This document shows, in pieces, positions 59,401 through 64,000 of a stretch of 64,000 nucleotides of DNA. Location: the NCBI GenBank assembly GCA_045863295.1, contig BTWA01000009.1, forward strand, positions 96,001 to 160,000, in the 5' to 3' direction. Each line of letters begins with the position of its first letter. Positions within the stretch are counted from its first letter, which is position 1. A program made the translations under genes and the position numbers. The stretch is from Candidatus Hydrogenedentota bacterium. GTDB taxonomy: Bacteria; Hydrogenedentota; Hydrogenedentia; Hydrogenedentales; SLHB01. The notes under the pieces are model-generated. The model saw nothing but the letters and a program-made list of their open reading frames with translations. It was not told where the DNA came from and made no database searches.

Positions 59401-59523
59401 GCTCGATAGCAAAACAAACGCCGTCCCCAGTAAGCACAAGCGCACATCCAGCCTGCAACCGCACCCCATAACCCAAACCCTTCCACCCACGACGCGCCGC
59501 TGAAACCCCGGTTTGAAATACAT
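53434..59523 (-). CDS. Large surface protein: NHL repeats + active C13-like peptidase + inactive copy + PPC + Ig/FN3 + ZU5-like + TM
   Basis: YRFERLWP N-terminus shared with 10385; YMVDHGG...YDACESGS dyad; second copy LVGQGS/CDASGSG; two AGAQWR repeats; PQNLQASDG FN3-like; C-terminal TM + RKTK. Start uncertain (59523 or 59469). Confidence 0.85.
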   Translation of the reverse strand: MYFKPGFQRRVVGGRVWVMGCGCRLDVRLCLLGTAFVLLSSSGRANADDYRFERLWPSSNVSYGFSSPVSVQVDDLGNLYVSDNYWIVKFNENGRYLGSTYVTAPFDDALGQPGVPGSAGFKVIDLALDTRGNFFMIYGTNPTTPFPAVGACNQKGEQLGAILTDGSDSTTPAFLPTCISVAKSGLIYVGSATGTYLFDLESGYLGHLPNVIAHKDMVIDEDGYLFIDGTSKYSPSGEALPFHFDWTGPGGVSYGNPTGYMAVGPGGTVYAGNDYGDIVRWTQPADDVLVIMNYPLPGGTGEIFGLAADKRGYVYLVDQGASSIRKFTRNGLLTGSIGSASSAPGYLTAPWGFSRDASGNFFVADYLNRRINKYSPTGQFLSVWKQYPEFAEDPFEDREPDACLVDAAGNVFVAEILPRLSGGVVTKYNMAGVEQFEAIPTVDARDWAMHPNGDVYFVGSGGVYIINGSSGSISGTPVMTLPSGTARTIGLSPTGSIAYIGSTDTIAEFLWDGTAWVDSGVVFTPHTGASYRGMDVDAAGNLYITGTGEDKLYKYAPDGTLITTIGETGTDPGQFSFPRDVIVDAIGHVYVLDTEAARVQEFSPVAAVANNKAVIVAGGGPYAGNRLWDATVATARIAHEALLYRGFTHDSIRLLSPDANGVNVDAEATRANIQEALTVWAGQSPTSDPIDDVVVYMVDHGGVDKFRINENELLFDTDLVAWLSALQSQISGKIYLVYDACESGSLLQNLANSGRVIMTSTTPGEQAYFVSGGALSFSNHFWMQILNGDPLGPAFSRARDAVEISFQKAQLDADGNGTPNEPGDLTALQSAFLGSGVPQGITDPVIDTVGGDGTISGVNDGVIWADFTDDSGINRVWAVITPPTYEQQSSTIAVTELATVELLPDGTGRWEGTYLDFVTPGDYTVDIYASNRAGQIAGPYQTTVTVGAPPTRKVLIVAGGSDASPEWPAYEWLAAWVYRSLKIQGYAPEDIRYLSQTITADVDGIATLASVEDALDTWASASTRDFTLCLVGQGSTNGFHLGDAEFLAWPVLDGWLDALHQDIPGIVTVACDASGSGSVISGLRPTAGQKRILVGSAGSGQPATFANNGVVSFSRYFWVETALGATVGEAFSTAAKAMNSAAQQRAELDDNGDGVFSTKIDGALAQQYSIGTGIELSGDEPLIGAISSAQTLTPEEIQATIWVEISALLSLKEVVCLITKPDGLTQVEIELLSVAQGRYEAAIDIFDAFGTYAVTVTAVDLRDNTSAPAKTVVHKPFPEGTPPDEYEADDTLELAKPITVNGFPDQRHTFHVQGDVDCVVFEEVAGAIVTVETSNLGLGCDTQIDVFGPVSVKSPIASNDDAGLGDFSSYVSFVVPADGRYLVQVYYSTKGAGDGYGDDTGYSLRVWREAAPTLNSNLKVHVQYNGAYVPGATLNLVPGNGDVNSTYNNIAVPPGGPWEVSLEGQSYTLTVQAPHFQTYSGPVILAAGQSKQETVPLVSNVGKVKVTLGPQDCVNAGAQWRLDSGLWQSSGVTLENVPQGAHQIQFKTVAGWFTPDTINITLAPEQVLERSGLYQRPGSIQCALTPADAVTAGAQWRIEDGAWNNSGVEVTGLKPQDYIVSFSQVPGWVTPLPQRVTVGGGNKANTAGDYIRATLDKPQNLQASDGTFTDKVRVTWSAVANATAYRVYRANLANPGAAQMLADVASTQHDDFSAAAPTEITIPASGCGGSPSTEFEVNSHVYWVQALGAGSTVSDWSNPDSGHRGTGTKGLDARAFEVALPIGSIAPGVRAALPDDALAVRLRADTPLDTQSVQMSVDVSMNSPYEVKWMEVPLSAGNDAWVTVTPKSNWAEGESIRLWATARTIDGELVRSIAVTFEVIDVSEAMNVPVLVGAIGEPFVAEIRGPATVSILANLHQPNEEDMSTLCLYAYIADGPHAGWHPVEQVVGLLDPVGTALTASHSPSEPAIALFHSATLQWGRRQDDTIPAPDLSGARMPAAIGGVIVLVLAAVSLVFGGMQLRKTKNLDLP

Positions 59524-59779
59524 GCCCCGTCCCGGAAGAAACGGAGCCGATTCAGATAGTATTACGCCATATTGGGATAGTTGCTTCCAACCTCTATAGT
59601 ATACACCATGTGGGTCGGCATGTAAGCGTAAGTCACTTCCTTTTGCGGCATGAGCTTTTGATACGCTTTTTTTCGCGGGGCTCGTGTCGACAAGTGTGAA
59701 TCTTCCATGCATTTGAATAGGACCGGGGAAGATCGGGAAACCGTGATGTGCAGGGTGTTGGCAGTCGCAACGCTTATTT

Positions 59780-59811
59780 AAAAAACAAGCGCCTCCACGG
59801 CGGAGGCGCTT
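59780..59811 (-). terminator. Intrinsic terminator
   Basis: Minus strand AAGCGCCTCC-GCCGT-GGAGGCGCTT then GTTTTTT. Confidence 0.85.
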
Positions 59812-59940
59812 TGTATGCAAATTAATGGGGAAAGCAGCGTAGCAATCTCTACCTCTGTCGACACAGCCCGATAAAATGTCATCGGGGAGGAGTCCATGCG
59901 GGACTATCGCTTAGGCAGCCCTCGCTGCGCTGCTTCCTCT
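59780..59940 (-). ncRNA. Candidate multibranched structured RNA (about 160 nt)
   Basis: Own promoter; long 5'/3' closing stem; three internal hairpins; intrinsic terminator. Confidence 0.6.
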
Positions 59941-59946
59941 GTCTGT

Positions 59947-59974
59947 ATTATACCGCAGATCGGCATTTTTGCAA
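59947..59974 (-). promoter_or_regulatory. Putative sigma70 promoter of the candidate RNA
   Basis: Minus strand TTGCAA-N16-TATAAT. Confidence 0.65.
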
Positions 59975-60066
59975 CTGTTTTTTGAAGACCTGCGGCATGG
60001 CGCGGAGCGTTCCAAATGGGGTACGATGGGCGCTTCGTATGATAACCCACAATAGGACGTTCAGGC

Positions 60067-60570
60067 ATGGGTGACCGGTTTCTAGAGCAATACGGTGGAC
60101 AGTCGACGGACCAGCTCATCGCCATGGAAAATGAGTACCGGATCGACTCCTTGGTGCTGGCGTTCGAGCAGGCAATCGATCAGAAGGCGTATGACCACGG
60201 CATGGATGCGCTTTCCGATGAGGAGGCAGTCGTGCTGGCGATCGAAGCGCTGGAGCGCGAAGTGAACAACGGGGGCTACATGCTGTTTTTTACCAATAGT
60301 TCAGTTGAATACGCCCCGATGATTCTGCACGCGCTGGGCCGAATCGACTGTCCGTACACGCAGTCGGTGACCGAACGCGCTATTGAGGCGTTGGCAATCG
60401 ACGGCCCCTTAACGGTTGAAAACATCGAGGAAGTAATTGCTGAAAGCGATCCTGATGTAAGGGACGAGTTGGCGAAATGCGATGATTTGTATTTTCAGGG
60501 GCAAGAGGATATCGCGGGCCGCCTGTTTGAGTTCATTCGCAACAACCGCTCCGGCATACGGATTCCGTGA
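60067..60570 (+). CDS. DUF4375 / DMP19-like acidic protein
   Basis: LEREVNNGGY..FF.NS, AL..I, highly acidic, C-terminal L..FIRNN. Confidence 0.8.
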   Translation: MGDRFLEQYGGQSTDQLIAMENEYRIDSLVLAFEQAIDQKAYDHGMDALSDEEAVVLAIEALEREVNNGGYMLFFTNSSVEYAPMILHALGRIDCPYTQSVTERAIEALAIDGPLTVENIEEVIAESDPDVRDELAKCDDLYFQGQEDIAGRLFEFIRNNRSGIRIP

Positions 60571-60595
60571 CCGGGCGCACCGAGGGAGACGCACC

Positions 60596-61378
60596 GTGAA
60601 ATTGGGTATGGTCACATACAACATGGGCAAGGACATGGACCTGCCCACGCTGCTTGAATTCTGCGAGAAGACCCGGCTGGAAGGCGTGGAACTCCGGACA
60701 ACGCATGCGCACGGAGTGGAAGTCGAGATGAATGCGCAGCAACGCATGGAAGTGCGTCAGCGGTTTGAGCATTCGCCCGTGCGTCTGGTGCAGTTGGGAT
60801 CGACCTACGACTTCCATACGCCCGATCAAGCCGAATTGCGCAAGAGCGTCGAAGGCGCCAAGGTCTATGCGCAACTCGCGCACGACGTCGGCGCATCCGG
60901 CATCAAGGTGCGGCCGAACGGATTGCCCGAGGGGGTGCCCGTGGAAAAGACCCTGGAGCAAATCGGCAAGAGCATCGGCGAGGTCGCGCGTTCGGCCGAA
61001 GGCATTGGTGTCGAGGTTCGGCTTGAGGTCCACGGCAAAGGCACCTCCGAATTGCCTCATATCAAGACCATTATGGACCATGCCAGCCATCCGATGGCGG
61101 TTGTGAACTGGAATTCCAATCCCGTCGATATGGACGCCAACGGCAGCATCGACGCGAGTTTTAATCTTGTGAAAGATAAGATCCGCCACGTCCACATGCG
61201 CGACCTCGGTGTGCAGGACTATCCCTGGCAAGACTTGTTCAACAAGCTGAAGTCGATCAATTACGACGGGTATTGTTGCGCCGAAATTGCGTTTAATCCC
61301 GAGCCGGAACGTTTCATGCACGCCTACCGGACCCTGTTCGATCTGTATACCGGCGACTACCATTGGCCCCGAAAGTAG
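60596..61378 (+). CDS. Sugar phosphate isomerase/epimerase (xylose isomerase-like TIM barrel)
   Basis: GVELR, RLEVHG, HVHMRD, YDGYCCAE. Confidence 0.88.
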   Translation: MKLGMVTYNMGKDMDLPTLLEFCEKTRLEGVELRTTHAHGVEVEMNAQQRMEVRQRFEHSPVRLVQLGSTYDFHTPDQAELRKSVEGAKVYAQLAHDVGASGIKVRPNGLPEGVPVEKTLEQIGKSIGEVARSAEGIGVEVRLEVHGKGTSELPHIKTIMDHASHPMAVVNWNSNPVDMDANGSIDASFNLVKDKIRHVHMRDLGVQDYPWQDLFNKLKSINYDGYCCAEIAFNPEPERFMHAYRTLFDLYTGDYHWPRK

Positions 61379-63429
61379 CTCCGTCGGAAAATCCGTTCGA
61401 GGCCCAAGCCGCCGGTTCGTCGCCTTTGGTTGCCAGCTTGATGCGGCATCCCTATTTTTGCCGCGCGTTGACGGAACTCGATGGCATCGGCGACAAGCGC
61501 GCCGAGTTATTCGCCAATCTGGGCATCGCCACCGTGGCCGATTTGGTTATGCACTTTCCTCGCACGTACCAGGATCGTTCCCGGTTTACCTCCATTAGCG
61601 ATGTCCAGGAAGGACAGACGGTAACCCTTCAAGCCGAGGTGGTCAAAGCAAAGGCCGTGCGTTTGAAGCGGCGGCTCACGCTCGCGGAAGTTACTTTGCG
61701 CGACGCTACCGGAACCCTGAAGGCGATCTGGTTCGGCCAGGACTACCTTGTGCGTGTAATGACTCCGGGCGTGACCTGCATTTTTCACGGTCCAGTCAGC
61801 AAATGGAACGGCCTTGCGTTGCGCAATCCGGATTATGAACTGCTTGTCAAAGACGAGGACGAGCGGATCCATACGGGCCGCGTGGTGCCTATCTACCGCC
61901 TGACGGACGGTCTATCGCAACGCATAGTCCGGCGCACGGTGTGGGCTGTGCTCGAGTTGCTGCCCGACGACGTGCCCGATGGCTTGCCTCCGGTCTTGAA
62001 GGAACGGTACGGCTGGCAGGATACGCGTGCAGCGCTTCGATGTGTTCATTTCCCCGACGACTTGGAAAGCGTCGCGCATTCTCGGAATCGCTTTGCGTAC
62101 GAAGAGCTGCTGTATTTACAGATTGGCATCCAGCGATCGCGTTTGCAGCGCCTTCACGAGGAAACCGGTTTTCGGCATGTGGTCAACGGCCGGCACCTCG
62201 AAAGTTTTCGAAGGGCGCTTCCATTTGCGCTGACCGCGTCGCAGCAACGCGTTGTCGGAGAGATTCTCAACGACATGGCATCCCCACGCTCCATGATCCG
62301 GTTGGTACAGGGCGACGTTGGATGCGGGAAGACGATTGTTGCATTGCATGCGGTGGCGGCGGCCGTGGACGGTGGATATCAAGCCGCGCTGATGGCGCCG
62401 ACGGAAATCCTCGCAGAGCAACACGCGTATGTGCTGCGATCTCACCTGGAGCCACTGGGTCTGGATTTGGCCCTGCTGACCGGTTCGACTCAGGGGGCTG
62501 CGCCCCTGCGCAAGCAGATTGCCTCCGGCGCATGTTCCGTGGTGGTGGGTACGCACGCGCTGTTTCAAGAGGCCACCGGGTTCAAACGCCTGGGGCTTGT
62601 CATCATTGACGAGCAACACAGGTTTGGCGTGCTGCAACGAAGCGCCTTGGTGGAGAAAGGACTCAACCCGGATATCCTTCACATGACGGCGACACCCATC
62701 CCGCGCACGTTGGCCATTACGGTGTATGGCGGAATGGATTTGAGCATCATCGACGAACTTCCGCCGGGCCGAAAGCCGGTGACAACACGGCGCATTCCCG
62801 ATGGAAAGGTCAACGAGTGTTACGACTATATATGCCGTCAAGCCGGACGGGGTTTGCAGACGTACATTGTTTGCCCGCTGGTCGATGAATCCGACAAGAA
62901 AGCGTTGACGTCTGTAACTAAACATTACGATGTATTGTCAAATGGTCCACTGGCTTCCGTGCGCACGGGCTTACTGCACGGTCGCTTGTCCTACGACGAG
63001 AAAGACGCGGTCATGCGGCAGTTCAAAGACGGAGCGATCGATGTACTCTTCAGCACAACCGTGATCGAGGTTGGCGTCGATTGTCCCAACGCCACGACCA
63101 TGGTAATTGAAGATGCGGCGCAGTTCGGGCTGACTCAGTTGCACCAATTGCGTGGACGCGTAGGACGCGGAGAGGAACAGGCGTATTGTTTTCTGTTGGG
63201 CAAGCCCAGGACGCCGGAGGGCAAACAGCGGTTGGATTTGCTGGTCGAACACGCCAGCGGCTTCGACATTGCCGAAGCCGATCTTCTCATGCGAGGTCCC
63301 GGAGAGTTTCTGGGCGTCCGCCAGGCGGGACTCAGCGATTTGCGCGTGGCCGACCTGATTCGCGACGTTCACCTGATCGACGCGGCCCGTCGCGATGCCG
63401 GCGAATGGATTGCCATGGGCCAGGGGTGA
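61363..63429 (+). CDS. recG: ATP-dependent DNA helicase RecG
   Basis: HFPRTYQD wedge region, QGDVGCGKT, MAPTEILAEQH, DEQHRFG, MTATPIPRTL, QLHQLRGRVGRG, RGPGEFLG; start uncertain (61363 or 61441). Confidence 0.97.
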   Translation: MAPKVAPSENPFEAQAAGSSPLVASLMRHPYFCRALTELDGIGDKRAELFANLGIATVADLVMHFPRTYQDRSRFTSISDVQEGQTVTLQAEVVKAKAVRLKRRLTLAEVTLRDATGTLKAIWFGQDYLVRVMTPGVTCIFHGPVSKWNGLALRNPDYELLVKDEDERIHTGRVVPIYRLTDGLSQRIVRRTVWAVLELLPDDVPDGLPPVLKERYGWQDTRAALRCVHFPDDLESVAHSRNRFAYEELLYLQIGIQRSRLQRLHEETGFRHVVNGRHLESFRRALPFALTASQQRVVGEILNDMASPRSMIRLVQGDVGCGKTIVALHAVAAAVDGGYQAALMAPTEILAEQHAYVLRSHLEPLGLDLALLTGSTQGAAPLRKQIASGACSVVVGTHALFQEATGFKRLGLVIIDEQHRFGVLQRSALVEKGLNPDILHMTATPIPRTLAITVYGGMDLSIIDELPPGRKPVTTRRIPDGKVNECYDYICRQAGRGLQTYIVCPLVDESDKKALTSVTKHYDVLSNGPLASVRTGLLHGRLSYDEKDAVMRQFKDGAIDVLFSTTVIEVGVDCPNATTMVIEDAAQFGLTQLHQLRGRVGRGEEQAYCFLLGKPRTPEGKQRLDLLVEHASGFDIAEADLLMRGPGEFLGVRQAGLSDLRVADLIRDVHLIDAARRDAGEWIAMGQG

Positions 63430-63442
63430 TGCGCCGGCTGTG

Positions 63443-64000
63443 TTACGCTTTCGGTTTCAAATGCGGGCGTACGGCGTCATTCCAGCGTTTATACCCTTCT
63501 TCGTTCAAGTGCAGGCCATCTTCCAATAGCAAATCCGCCTTGGGTTTTCCGTCTTCCCCGATCATGGCGGGAGCAATATCAACAAACTCAAGAAGATCGC
63601 TTGTCTCCGTTTCTTCTTTGATCAAGCCGTTGGCCTGCTCCATCGCGCTGTAGAGCGCCCAACGGGCCACACTTGGCTTGATGGAGATATAGACGATCTT
63701 TGTTTGCGGGAGCGCTCCATGCACTTTGGCCACAAATGCCTTGTAATCCTCCAGGATTTGTTGTGGCGATTTCCCCTTGGCCATGTCATTGTCGCCGGCA
63801 TAAAACACGATGACGTCAGGCTCGTACGGAAGGATGATGCGATCGGCGAAATGCGTGGAGTCGGCAATTTCCGATCCCCCAAAGCCCCGGTTGATCACCT
63901 CGTATTCCGGAAACGCCTCCTCCACCTTCCACAAGCGTATACTCGAACTGCCCACAAACAGATTGGCGTGTTTCGGTGGAGGACTGGTCTTGTCCTTTTC
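63443..64000 (-). CDS. SGNH/GDSL hydrolase (partial, start beyond window)
   Basis: FVGSSSIRLW, NRGFGGS, YAGDND, DGLHLN. Confidence 0.92.
   Translation of the reverse strand, partial: EKDKTSPPPKHANLFVGSSSIRLWKVEEAFPEYEVINRGFGGSEIADSTHFADRIILPYEPDVIVFYAGDNDMAKGKSPQQILEDYKAFVAKVHGALPQTKIVYISIKPSVARWALYSAMEQANGLIKEETETSDLLEFVDIAPAMIGEDGKPKADLLLEDGLHLNEEGYKRWNDAVRPHLKPKA

Noticed and set aside
59524..59820. N-terminal extension of the 2128-aa ORF as given in the track
   Set aside because: Runs through an intrinsic terminator and a promoter-like region; the signal peptide lies further downstream.
59929..59937. GGAAGCAGC matching part of the SRP RNA helix 8 motif
   Set aside because: The preceding CAGG..CC-GGAA-GG element is absent and the motif sits at the 5' end inside a closing stem.
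59826..59937. Canonical tRNA or tRNA-Sec call for the CCA-ending structure
   Set aside because: No TTCRA T-loop or D-loop GG, and stem lengths do not fit a tRNA.

Overview
GC-rich bacterial chromosomal segment with about 45 CDSs. Gene content suggests Candidatus Hydrogenedentes or a similar PVC-like lineage; this is an impression, not a result. I found no rRNA, tRNA, CRISPR array, transposase or integrase. Housekeeping blocks: fliM-fliN-fliA-FliK-like-FlhB-like; pgsA-der-plsY-DinB-carboxynorspermidine synthase-nspC; glpK; a beta-CASP RNase; recG; several carbohydrate/envelope genes. Most notable: (1) Three large paralogous secreted, C-terminally membrane-anchored proteins built on clan CD (legumain/caspase-like C13) domains. 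Two carry an NHL propeller plus an intact His-Cys domain and a dead copy, and one carries only the dead copy. All three share a ZU5-like + TM tail. (2) Two unannotated structured RNA candidates on the minus strand (about 51640-51788 and 59780-59940), each with its own sigma70 promoter and intrinsic terminator. (3) A 41-aa hydrophobic peptide gene (28660-28785) missed by the ORF track, with a perfect RBS and strong terminator. (4) An orphan hicB whose hicA partner is reduced to a 5-codon stub at a direct repeat. (5) Several apparent pseudoenzymes (GH36-, GH42- and TMTC-like). All domain calls are from motif reading by eye.
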